From Glycera tridactyla (taxonomy: Eukaryota), in the NCBI GenBank assembly GCA_965644265.1, contig OZ286477.1, positions 40,920,001 through 40,984,000 on the forward strand: DNA of 64,000 bases. Reading direction: 5' to 3'. Shown in pieces: positions 40,408 through 53,335 of this stretch (position 1 is the stretch's first letter; each line of letters opens with the position of its first letter). The position numbers were made by a program, and so were the translations under genes. The notes below the pieces were generated by a model. That model was given only the letters and a program-made list of their open reading frames with translations. It was not told where the DNA came from and ran no database searches.

Positions 40408-42634
40408 CATTTGATGAATGGTACACCACTCGATGATTGCAATATCCGAATCACGCTCTGTCGGGACCTTCATCAAGCAGGCCCAAGAATTAGCTGTAGC
40501 TTGAAGATACTTTGCCATATCATTTACGACCTCACAAGAGCATCCAGCATCAGTGACTTTGACTTAACTTCATCAATCTTATCTCTTCGCTGTGACAGTA
40601 TCAGTGGAGTATCAAGTGATGAGTATCGAGTATGAAAATTCACAGCTGGATGAGAAATACTGTTTGCCAATTTTTTTTTTAATCTATGTGACAAAAGCAA
40701 GATTATATATGGGTCAACTCAGCTGAAAACTGAGTGAATGACGAGGTCATACCATGTTGTACACGTGTCAATGCCTTGAAGATATTCGATGGAATATTGC
40801 TTGCTACAGAGAGTTTATGTCTAACCTCATCTATGTACCACCATACTGTATTGTTACATTGTATTACTTGGTGTACACCAAATAATATCGTATGTTCTCA
40901 TATGATTTGTCGAATTTCAATTTGGAAGACATGAATGTGTATGATTTATCATAAGTATTCTATGTGATTAAGGAAGATAAGTGTCCTCCATACATCTATA
41001 ACAAATGATTACTTGAAGCCTATTGAAAAACAAAGTATTTTGTATCGAGCGCCTCATTTCTCTTGTTCAGTCAGTCACTCCCACATCTTGTCTATGTCCA
41101 ATTGTTGACGGTGGCTTCCACAAACGGAATGAAGTATTCATTTCTCACCTGGGGAATGAACAGGTGAGTCTGTGTAGCCGAGACATGCCTCCCACTCCCG
41201 AATTCCGATTCAGCTATGTTCAACCGCCGATATCGAGTTTAACTTGTAGGGAAGCGCCATCTACCCGGCCGCCTCAATGGTGTGCATCAATTCGAGAGCA
41301 AAAAGCGATAGTGTATTCCTCTTATCTTGGCTGATAACCATTCTTCACTCGGGATATATCATGAAGAAACATCATCCAACTTGTTGATCTCTCCCAACAT
41401 TTGATACGGATTTCCGAACCTCAGCCTATGGGTTCACAAAGACATATTTTACATCGAATCATCCACACTGAGTTCTTCATTATGATGGCATAATTTCCAC
41501 ACTTTTCCTACCACACCTGTTTGATGTGATATGACAAAAGAAAGCTCACTTATGTTCAACCAATAACGTGTATTCCGATGGAGGATGGTGCGGAACGGAA
41601 GTGAGAGTCAGCGCAGCGATAGTGACGTATATCGTACAGGAACCAGTGTACGGCCACCCTGACATCTGGTGGAAATATTCAAATAACTGTTCGCTGTTAA
41701 ACCTTTTCCTATCGAATGAAATCTCTGCTCACTGAAGGAAGGGGATGAACAAATGAGCTGTGTTCCTGGACTCGATTCTTCACCTCGTATGTACTATAGT
41801 AGCATCACTATCCTAATTGTAATTATGTCTGATTGAATCATATCATAACATAACATAACAGAATCAATGGCGATCTTTGTCTGTACTTGCCATGATGATA
41901 TGTGGAACTGGCTTACTGAGGAAGATTGCCAGGGATGGATGAAGCAGAAACGGATGTGACTTCCCAGGGATACCCCACTGATGACCAAGTACCAAGTGTC
42001 ACTGACACACTGCCATCTTTCCAAGCATCCTTTACATATCATGTATACTAGTGGAATCACATTCCATTTGGCTGGTCTTTTATGTACGCTTCGATCAGTT
42101 GTGTTCATTATTATACAGGTCTAATGGCATCCTGTTTGAAGAGGGAGTAATGTTGAATACTTTCCCCATTCCAGCAATCTAGGTACGACCAGTTAGTGAA
42201 TAATTAGTAGGTAGGTGCCTGTGAGCACCGGATATTCGTAGATGGCATGGCAACTAGGCCCCTCTTTGCTGAATAGGAATTCAATAAGACTACATACCCC
42301 TGATGTAATGAAGTGGTAACAAGAACCGAGAAGTAGGTATCCCTCGACATCAGGGCTCAGAAGGCAGAAACTAGTTTTATCCTCAAATGTATTATTATTT
42401 TTTGTATATCTTCTCTGACTAGGTATAAATCTCCAATATACAGTAAATTCCCCTTTTTGTTACCCTTGTTTTTTCGCAGTTTTTCAGTGACAACCGAAGA
42501 GAGACACATCCTGCACAGTCGAAAATGTGCGCTATACATTTCGCTACAGTTTGTATGTTTACAGCGAATAAACAAACAAACGAATCACAGAGAGACTTGT
42601 GAACCAAGGAGACGTATCCATCGAAGAATTTTGC

Positions 42635-42690
42635 TGCCATATGACACGTGACCGCCGATTGTGACGTAATGCAGCGACAAGGCTGTGAGT
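42635..42690 (+). promoter_or_regulatory. E-box followed by a GTGAGT splice-donor-like site; possible 5' end of cassette B
   Basis: CACGTG 42645-42650 and GTGAGT 42685-42690; donor conserved in arm A (actcac 27157-27162). Confidence 0.25.
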
Positions 42691-45600
42691 CCAGGAGATG
42701 ATGATTATGCATATATTTTGAGTGTGTATGTGTGTGTGTATGTGTGTGTGTATGTGTGCGTGTGGGTGTACTCACGTGTGGACGAAGGTGGTATGACATA
42801 GGCAGAGTTGAACTCCAAACATGGTCCAGAATGGGAGAGACCCTTTGAGTACATTTCTTTGCTGTCATTGCTATTTCATAAATTTGTTTGAATGATATAT
42901 TTATTCATGCATCTATTTTTCAGCGATTCATTCTTTGGTTTTTGGTCAAAGGTAATGCAGGTATCAGATGAGGAGGCTCACCAATCTCTAAGATTGCCAA
43001 ACGCATTTTTAGTTCATCACAGATCTAGTATGACACTACCCCCTAATGCTTTCATTCATGATCAGTAGATTTACATAGCTGTACATATATACATATATAT
43101 ATATAAGTTATGCCAGAATGCCATACATGTCTGAAATAATGAGAGTCAGAATACTTGTTAATGTGCATATTGTCTTCCTCCATGTTCTATATAGTTTCGA
43201 TGTGGTTAATCTCAATCACCTCCCATATGTCTGTTTCCCACATTCATTATGTTCTGTTACCTCATGTACACTGAAGCGTTTAACATGGCATGTTTGTCAG
43301 CAGCTTCCATGGATGAAGATTTATAAAATAATCTAAATTAGTGATGCCATCCGACACAGTAAACACTTTCATACACTCAGTACCATCCCTCCACTATTCC
43401 TGAAGTATGCTGGATACACACATAATCAATTCTCCATTTTGTATTCATCCCATTTTTGCTGCCGAGTGCTGGAAATACCATCTGACAAGTAATATGTCAG
43501 ATTACAAAGATGAATCTCAGATGGCCACTTGATTACTCTGCCGGAGGTCGTCTACATTGTCATCAATCTGACACCATCCTTCTTCACACATCTCAGCCTC
43601 GTCACTTGTAATGTCTCACTGCTGTTTCAAATGTCTCAGAGTAATAATGGAGATTTGGTATCAAATTTTGCAAACTAAAAATATTTGTGAACCATCCAAG
43701 CAGCAGCCCTGCACAGAATAGTGAACAATATCCTTCAGTCCACATGTTACATAAATTCTCAATTAAACATCCGAATTGCAACCCTGCACAGATCCGTAAA
43801 TGTTTTTTTTTCGTTTGGAACAAGAGTGACTGCCCCTATCTTGCTGCTCATGTTATATCAATTCTCAGTTCGTAAGAACTATCAGGGACATGTGTGTGTT
43901 GCTGTCAGTCTGGACATATATTTCATCTGAAATTCATCAAACAATGGAACTGATATATTTCGTTGGATGTTCTACATTGACACCAGTATGCATGGAACGC
44001 CAATTTCTGTCGATTAGCCATGCACAATTGGGGATTTTCCTTTGGGACCACTTTCTGAATAATTGGCTTACTGAGTCAAGCAGCGAAACAGATTGGTCAT
44101 TAAGATGTATGTCATGCAATTTACATCACTCAGCTATCAAGTAATCCTCCAAAATTCGAGTAATCCGCTGTGCCTTGATTCTCTCTTCTTTCATCCCTGA
44201 GTGTCTTATATAAATCGCCATTTGATATGCCACCTCGATGTACACACATTGCGTGTCTTTCCAGACTATGCCCTGGTTAGATGCATCTTCGCTGCAATTT
44301 TATCAATGACATATGGTGGATTACTCAGGCTTGTGAAGCACTCTCACTGACTTTTCTGCTGAGCTCTTGCCATGCTCGTGTCTCCAAAACTATAATTGAC
44401 TATGACGGTCAGATCCTAACAATATCATATATGTAGTTGAATGAAAGCACGCTTGTATGGCACTACGCTGATTCCAGAAACATGAGGCTAAAAATGAAGA
44501 TTGGTAGGCAGAACCACACCCTCTACTCTTCACTCTGTCTATGTGGAGTCATGCTCTGGGTAGTGAGGTATGCGGGATATGGAGTATGAATTGAGATGAA
44601 TAACCTCCACAATAATCAGCTGAGAGTAGCGAAAACTGTGAGGTATCGGACGGCTTTATCCGCCCACTATGCATCAACGGCCATCATGCAGAAAATAGTA
44701 CGAATGTACCTCAATACTCGTGGGGACCTGCTGTACAACTCTCTGGACATGCTCCAATAATTTCTGGTCAACTCTCGAACAAAGCAGTGACATAGCAAAA
44801 TTTGTTGATATGTCACTTTGCCCAATATGAGAGATGTGTGACATCCAATCATGCCCCATGGAAGAGAGCCCTGCTACTGTATCTCCCTTAGAGAGACAGA
44901 GTTTTCCATGGGAGAGACAAGAGCACACAGAGTGAGACGAGGTGATATATTTCAAGCTGGACATACTCTGTGGGACGAGGGTCGATTTGTCAGACTAACA
45001 GTCCTCCATCAAAATACAGAACTTTGATTTATGAGAGTGTATGTATGTCTCGGTGCCGCATGGATTATACAACCTGAACTACACTGATGGATTTCTCCGG
45101 TACCTGCTTCTACAAATGTACATACTTACTCGCCAACCTGACAAAACACCCTCCTGCAACCTCGATGGGTAGTGTCATCACCAGGCCATATCTCAACTAC
45201 AATTCATTGAACTACTCTCACATCATGTATATTTTATCCAGTCGATTCAGGCAAATGATCGACTTGCCTGGATTTCAGAAGCAGAGACATGACTCTACAG
45301 CAAACTTCTACTTATATCTGAGTACCTGTTGATTATGGTTATAAGTGTCATGATATGTCGAATGATGTTATATCCAGAAAATCAAGCACATCAAACAGCC
45401 ATCACAAGTATTTTGACATGTTATTTCAAGCAGTCCATATATCTTTCATTACATCTATCGCCCCTCTTTTATCTTATTGCTCATTCTCGTAGTCTCTTTT
45501 TTTCTCTTCTTAACTCACTCATCTCCCTCCCTCTGTCTTCCCATGTGACTTCTTTCAGTACTTGCTCTCCATACTCTGTTTGCCACTCCCCCCTCCCCTC

Positions 45601-48555
45601 CTCAATCCCTCCCCGCTCCCCAATTTCTATTCCTTCCTCTCTCTTTGCTTTTCGGTTGCTTGACATAGATGATTGTTATCTCGGAAAGTATCGGTGAATC
45701 ATGGTGATATAAAGTGAGGCCAATAGCCAAGGATGGTCTCCAATCATTGAGAGGGATATGTATCTCGATCAGCAGCTTTGGGAGTTGATTAAGTCTACTT
45801 TTGCTAAAAACACATTCATCTCGAGATGATACTCTATCCATAGGTAAGGTTAGGAACTTACGGGTAGCCACATTCACCTAGAGTGTTGGTATTGATCTGG
45901 TGGATGGGTGTGAACAGCCCCATCAATGGCCCAGCACCAGCTTTCTACCAGGATTATGTTACCTTACACCTAGCCATGTGTCAATATTTGATTCACTTAC
46001 ACCTAATGCGCCACCTTCCCACAGGTGGGACTCTCCTAGGCCGTTGACTGATTGATCATGCCTGCTCTTATGGGGGTTCAATCACCTCCAATAAGAGCCT
46101 TCATCAGCCTTCCCTGACATCAGCCAGCACAGATATGGATAGCAACCTAACTTGCACTCCCATTCCCATAAACATTTTGCAAAGCTCATCCAGACTAACA
46201 CTCGATTCAAATATCATATGTATTTTTGTGAGACACAATCATCATTGCCTTCGTTGTTGTGGTTCTTGTTGCTGTTGTATTCGATGCTGTTGTTTTGAAT
46301 GGTATAATAATCATCGTTAGTATGATCACTTCCACTCCAATTATTATCATGAACATCATCATTATCATCGACATTTCATTGGCCAAACTTCAACATAATC
46401 CATTTCGATTCGTGATTCTGTATTTTTATCAATTATACTCTCACATCTGGGGTATGTAAACCACATTTTCCATAATAGAGTACAGCCTTATGAGTCCTGA
46501 CCACTGCATGCCATAATATGCAACCTCCCATAAGTGGTCAGTATTGGTCGTTATGCTCGTCCAGGATTCAAGTTCCTCGCTCCATGGTTTCCAAGACAGT
46601 AGAAAGGGTAGGAGACTGTATCTGGTCCCGGGTGCCAGAGACAGTTTGATACACCACGTATTTTCAAAGATTGTTCCGGCCTTACGTATATCTCATGTGT
46701 ATCTATCAATCGACCATGAGGTGATAGTGGGCCCATTATCTAATTCATTGGAGATATCACAGCATGGGACACACTTGGTAGAATCAGAACCAACTGTGTG
46801 GAGCCCTGGAGCAACGAATCGTGTCAAAATAGTCACAGAAAGTAGATGTCACACTACATGACACACAGAGTAGTAGTTGGCGATGGACTGTGATGTTATT
46901 GTGTGACCCCGTAAGTAGCATTTCAGCAATGGATCGTGACCTTACAGTGGATCTTTGCAATTAGATCACTCTGAATATAAGGAGTAGGATCAATCAGATC
47001 ATGACTTCATATCTCGGCGATATCCTGCATGATCGGAAGCACATGATTTCATATGATATGAAGCTTCGTATTTACCTAAGATAGAAATTTTGAGACTATT
47101 ATGTTTTCCGAAACATCATGCTTGCTGGCTCATGTTATTATCTTGTACGTACACATCTTAGGCATGGGTTTAATGAGTCCTGGGGAACGCAAGGGATGTC
47201 TTGGCTACTCAGCCTTACTTATTGTACTCCCTCATGGGTGATGAATGCTTCATGACATAAGTGAAAGCCTCCTTCCATCAGACAAATACATCAGGTGGAG
47301 GTGTACAAGTGAATAGGATTGGGTGAAATGGCGCAGAAATAGGATGTCAGGAATACTACACTCTTCACTCAGTATTCAGCTTCATTGGTACGGTGTGTGA
47401 CTTCCCAGGGATACGACATCGCAGGCCAAGTACTCAGGGTTATTGACAGGCAACCATCTATGTCTACATCCGAACCAACCAGCATCGATCAGGTAGTTGG
47501 TATCCTAGATAAAGTACTATCCATTCTGCTGGCGTCACCTTATATGCAAATGCCATTTTTGTCTGCTTTGATAACCTGCGTTCATCATCAATCATCCCTT
47601 CCGAAGCACAGATTCAACATTGTTCCCCACATTGGTCCGCTATGGAACGTCATCAGAGACTTTATCCATTTTTTAGTGTTCTCCATAATTCGATTTATGG
47701 AGATCACTGAATGAATTATGGATCTCTCAAAATAATTATGGTGGATAAAGTCCAAAATGGCATTCAATAGTCGGCAGATACAGGATTTCGAGTCTGAGTA
47801 CAGAGCTATGTATCTGGATTGAATCAGTATGCTAAGAAAGTACATTCTGATTATACTAAGCCGGGCCACGTGTAGATGATCTTGAATCAAAATTTGTCAT
47901 TTCATATCATATCCAAAATGTGGAGTCCCCCAATGGGGAGGGAAGCAGCAGTTTCCTCAAGCCTCTGAATCATGCCCATGCTGTACAGACTCTAAGGTGC
48001 GGCATAAGCTGCTTTGAAGTATCGGGGTAAAATGACCTCAGGGTTATCAAAAACAGTATCGATATCACTTCATTTCAAACCAATGGATCTTGGTTGGACT
48101 GAAATCTGAAGAAAAAAATTATTTGACTAGCCAGCATCCGTCCGCAGGTACACAGTCTCGAGTCATAAGACAAGAAGTTTGATCATCTAATATCACATCC
48201 AAGAAAAAATTCCATGATCATTGAGAAGGATAGTATTTCTCTCAACTCTCTGACTTCGGTCCATAACACAGAGATGAGTATGTGTTGGCTGGGATGTTTG
48301 AAGATGGATGGCTGTATGTTTGAGTGCAGTGAGTTTGTTTTCTCCTGTTTCCAAATTGTGATTATGTCACATGTTCAACTTCAGTAATGAAGGAAGTCAT
48401 TCACTTGTTTATTTCAACACCGAACAGAATCTTTTATGGAGTAACTTGTGAGTATAACGTCACTCCCTGGTCTACTTCAGGCCCTCAGGACCATTACCAC
48501 CACCTCCGTCATCAAAACAGGTCTTGAGCAGGATGGCTGGGTTGAGGGAAATACA

Positions 48556-48745
48556 NNNNNNNNNNNNNNNNNNNNNNNNNNNNNNNNNNNNNNNNNNNNN
48601 NNNNNNNNNNNNNNNNNNNNNNNNNNNNNNNNNNNNNNNNNNNNNNNNNNNNNNNNNNNNNNNNNNNNNNNNNNNNNNNNNNNNNNNNNNNNNNNNNNNN
48701 NNNNNNNNNNNNNNNNNNNNNNNNNNNNNNNNNNNNNNNNNNNNN
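48556..48745. other. Assembly gap
   Basis: N run. Confidence 0.99.
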
Positions 48746-48857
48746 ATGGTATATTTTCCTACTCTAACTCCTACTGGCTTGCAATACAACTGGTATTCTC
48801 CGAAACATTCCACAATCATCACCATGACAACGGGATCCAATAAGTCATGTCATTTTT

Positions 48858-49616
48858 GGCCTCACCAAACTGGGCGACGACTAATTGAATGACTGCAATC
48901 TGGTTTGACCTATCCACTCCCCGCTTGACTACCCATCTCACATGACTATCTCCTTTCTTTGACTGCACCCATGATGGGTGCTCATTCGGGAATTGAAATT
49001 GTAGCTAGCTCATCTCTCAGATCAATGCGCAATGTATTGAGTGATCATATCTCTCATGATTCAGTTTTAATCGCATAAGCATGAGAGAACCGATATCAAT
49101 AGTTTTTCAATCACTATACTCTGCACATGGACGGATAGACAGACAGACGGATAGGCAGCCAGAAAAGGCCGACAGGCAGATGCACAGATGGCAATAGACA
49201 GGGTACCAGACAGACTGACTGATTGACTTGTCAACTGGCCTCACCAAACTGGGCGACGACTGATCGAATGACTGCAATCTGGTTTGACCTATCCACTCCT
49301 TGCTTGACTACCCATCTCACATGACTATCTCCTTTCTTTGACTGCACCCATGATGGGTGCTCATTCAGAAATTGAAATTGTAGCTAGCTCATCTCTCAAA
49401 TCAGTGCGCAATGTATTGAGTGATCATTTCTCTCATGATATAGTTTTAATTGCATAAGCATGAGAGAACCGATATCAATAGTTTTTCAATCACTATAGCT
49501 CTGCACATGGACGGATAGACAGACAGACAGATAGGCAGCCAGAGAAGGCCAACAGGCAGATGCACAGATGGCAATAGACAGGGTACCAGAAAGACTGACT
49601 GATTGGCTTGTCAACT
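48858..49616. repeat. Tandem duplication, 2 x ~379 bp, specific to arm B
   Basis: ggcctcaccaaactgggcgacg starts at 48858 and 49237; single copy in arm A (about 20300-20690). Confidence 0.93.
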
Positions 49617-51773
49617 GACCGACTAATACAACTTACAAAATAGATATATTTGAAGCCATCGGACCCTCAATGACTGACCGTGGAATGGATAGACAGACAT
49701 AAAAACATAGAAAACACACACAAACACAGTGCGAGGCTGACAGACAGGCAGACGATTGAACAATAAGCTAACTGTCAGCTCAAACTCTTGGTAAGCTGAA
49801 TCTGAATGATAAACCAATAGTATTCTCGATATTTCGGTAGAGGATGTTCAAGAATGGGGATTGTAGCGCAAGCAGGGATGGGGATGTATGTGCATGGGTT
49901 GTGTGATGGTATCAGTAGTGTGCGGGTTGGGGAGGGAGGTGCAGTGACAGGTGTTAGTGTATGGCCTGTGGACAAAGCTAGAAGTAGATCACTCGAGTGA
50001 TGAGCATTGTGCATTTGCATTCCGACCAGGCTGCTGTTAAACTGCATCAGGTTTCCCAAGAGACCGTCCATCATGGCCGCTGCCACTGATCATATGAGAC
50101 CCATTCATCTTGAACTCCTTCACATGGCAATCCATCCCACCATCAATCAACTCATCCTGATACAGAATACTGCATCACCGTGATAACAACCATGCTGGTT
50201 GATATCTAGAGGTATCATTTCACGACCAGTATGTGAACCCAGGATATGAGAGGGAGGTGAGAGACAGGAGAATGTACTTACATGTGTGGGGCGGAGAAGG
50301 GATATATGCGAAGTTATATGCAGAGCACTTGAGATACAATGACGAGCTCACCTGATGATAACCATGGTGGATTTTATCTAAATGGGTCTCTTCACAACCA
50401 GTATGTGAACCCAGGCTGAGGGGAAGAGAGGAGAGAGAAATATGTACTTATATGTGTGGGCAGGAGGAGGGGTATATGCAAAGGTATATGCAGTGCACAT
50501 GCATGAGATACAATGAAGCGGCTCACCTGAAGACAAAATACAGAGAAACCCTGAGTACAATGTTCGAAGTGTGAGGGGAAAAAGCGAGTTTCTACCATAT
50601 CTCTACCAATCAATTTGGCGGACTTATGAGACGTGGTCCATTTTATATTCTGAGCATGAAGGAGTTGAGCTGTGAACATCGATAAAGTAGACACATCATA
50701 AGGATAACTGATGGATGGGTGGCTGTGAACCGAGTGTAAAAATATATTACTATGCAGTATTATCTTCCTGGGATTCATAGATGGCTGAATCTGGCCAAAT
50801 ATTGCCTTATCACAACACAGCAACTCATGCATTCATGCATGCATTCATATTTGTATATAGCTGTGTCTTTGTGTTTCAACTGACCTGGACACAGAGCTAT
50901 ATTATCTACGTATTTCACTTGACCTGTACACAATGTGATATTGTCATCATTGATTCTGTACTGGACTCATGGCTGTATCATCTGTTTTTCTGACCTCACC
51001 TAGACATACGGCTTCAATATTTGTGTTTCCCACCAGTCCTGAACACGAGTTCATGACATTTACGTATCTCACCTGATGCTATATCAGCCTCGTTTCTCCC
51101 TCATCAGATTGACACATAACGACTGTCTGAAACCAGCTTGTCTGCGCTCCTAATACTGGCATTAAATATCCATGCACAGAAGAAAATGGAATACAGAATA
51201 GATGTTGTCTCTGCTGTGCTGATTGAACATAAAAAACATACAATACTGAATTTCGAGTTCTTCGCCCTTATTAGTCTTGTGCAATAGGACAGTTCGAAGG
51301 AGAGAGAAGAAGGATAGTGTCTTCCATGACACATTCCCAGGGTATTGATTTTCTACTCCTCTTATCTCATTGTATATCCATGTCTTTGAGGTCAATGTCC
51401 GAACGTGTTACAATTTGTTGCATGTCGAGCTGCTGCTTGCCTTATTGATGGCCATGATTACGTATTCTACCTCCCACATGGTCCTAATTAGGCAGTTGTG
51501 ATGAGAATTGATGCTGGACTGCCTGATTGTTGATAGTGTGACTATCTCAGTTCCTTATGATGCCGCTGGTGGCGCTTTACTTATATGCGACAATATAAAC
51601 ATTCCTGTATGCATAATTTTTTCATGTAAAATATCTATTTGGCAGGATTGTCAGCCAGATGTGAATGTGAATGAACAAATAGTATGGAAAACGAAGAAAT
51701 ATTACTTGATCCTGATATTACTTAATTTTTTCATCTTCATTCTGAAGAAGAATCAGTGAACCCCCCCCCCCCC

Positions 51774-53335
51774 AGGTTTGTATAACTGACCTGGGGATCT
51801 ATACTTACCATTTCTCCCTCAAATTTAACATTCCCCAGGCTGATAGGCCTACGTGTGAACATCAAAAAAATTCCATTTAGGGCCCTCCCGGATGCCTTTA
51901 GTTCCGCTAGGTGTCAGGCAGGACTGTTGTCGTTGTCCCTTGACAACCGCTGTGTTTCTGTGTGTTTTTCAATGAGCTTCTATATAGCTCTACAGCCTGG
52001 ACAGACGGGAGGGACCATCCAATTTGAGGTAGAAATGGTAAGTATAGATCCCCAGGTTAGTTAAACAAAGCTTGGGAGGGAACCAATCTGTATCATTTCT
52101 CCCTCAAATTTAGCATTGAATCTGACACGGATGTTGGGTGTGGAGTAATTTCTGGACTCCGTGTCTCTCGGGTATAATACTGCAAATTGGGTAAATAAAA
52201 AACAACAACCTGAGTATTATGCTTTCTCACAAGACTGTTGCTATGTATAATTGATTACACTGAAACTATATACAGTATTCACTCTTGTGGATTGACCACT
52301 GATTGTGCTACCACAATGAGTCCCAGGGAATATAAATCTGTTGCTTGCCCGCACATATCGCCCAAGTAAGAATTTGCTAAGGTATTCCCTGAACGCCAGA
52401 ATGCAGCTCTCATCAATTCATCGACTGAACATGCTTGATTCAGGGACTTCCTGGACGAAGCAATCACCCTCACCTCATTAGCTGATACTGAATCTTGCAA
52501 TCCGTCAGATTTGTCCAATGCTCTGTATGACATTCTGACAACTTGCTGGATCCAAGCCGAAACTCGATCCACTCTGATTTCACTACGTGTGGCCCTGCTG
52601 GGAGGAATAAACAACCGTGTTCTTCCAGCTCTGAAACTGGCAACACGCTCCAAATATATAACAAAGCCCTCACTGGGCAAAGAGACATATCCAATTGTGC
52701 TCCAACTGGAGCTTCCTGATCTAAAGCAGGTATCACTACTTCTGGGCTCTTCGCTGAGGGTATCTGATTTTTTGCCAAAATTTTTGCCAACACTTGATTC
52801 GTCTGCTACAAACCTCACAGCATTTGGAGCCCCAGAAAAAGCATGGACTTCGCTAGGGCATCTGCCTGAGGCCAGTGTCAATGAAAAACAGACCTTCCTC
52901 GTTACATTAAGGATACCACAATCTTTTAGAGGTTTGAAAGGAATTTCTTTAAAAAAAACTCAAAACCACTGAAACGTCCCACTGAGGAACAGGTCTCTGT
53001 GACACAGGCCTCTCGAGCTCTAGGTTATTCTGCAAAGATTTTAGATCTCTTCTATTCAGAACTGTACAATTTGTGTGGATAAAAAAACTGATTGTGAGGC
53101 ATTACGATACCCTTTCACTGTAGCTGGTTGCAAACCAGATTCAAACAGTTCTATGAAGAAGTTGGCCACTTCTGGTGCAGAGGGGTTCTTAAAGTCCACC
53201 CTGTGTCACCTGCACCAGAAGAACCACTTCTTCCATCTGCTATTGTAGATAGATGCGGAAGCGTCTCTGACTGCCCTAGCGATCCGCTTGATCACCTTTG
53301 CAGAATAACCTTTGCCTGAGAGGGCTTCCCGGACA
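51774..53335 (-). mobile_element. DIRS-type tyrosine-recombinase retrotransposon, 3' remnant
   Basis: YR fragments plus terminal inverted and direct repeats downstream; no gag or RT part visible. Confidence 0.85.
52279..53335 (-). pseudogene. DIRS tyrosine recombinase, frameshifted
   Basis: GYSAKVIKRIARAVR..SASIYNSRWKKW...GLQPATVKGYR; RP....VPQWDVSVVL...PFKPL; TLASGRCPSEVHA; LAKNQ; LCPVRAL; LFIP; ANEVRVIASS; AAFWRSGNT...YL.D. Confidence 0.88.

Larger units (their letters stand above)
41870..50560 (-). repeat. Right arm (B) of the inverted segmental duplication; contains cassette copy B
   Basis: Reverse complement of about 19420-28610 with substitutions and indels. Confidence 0.92.
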
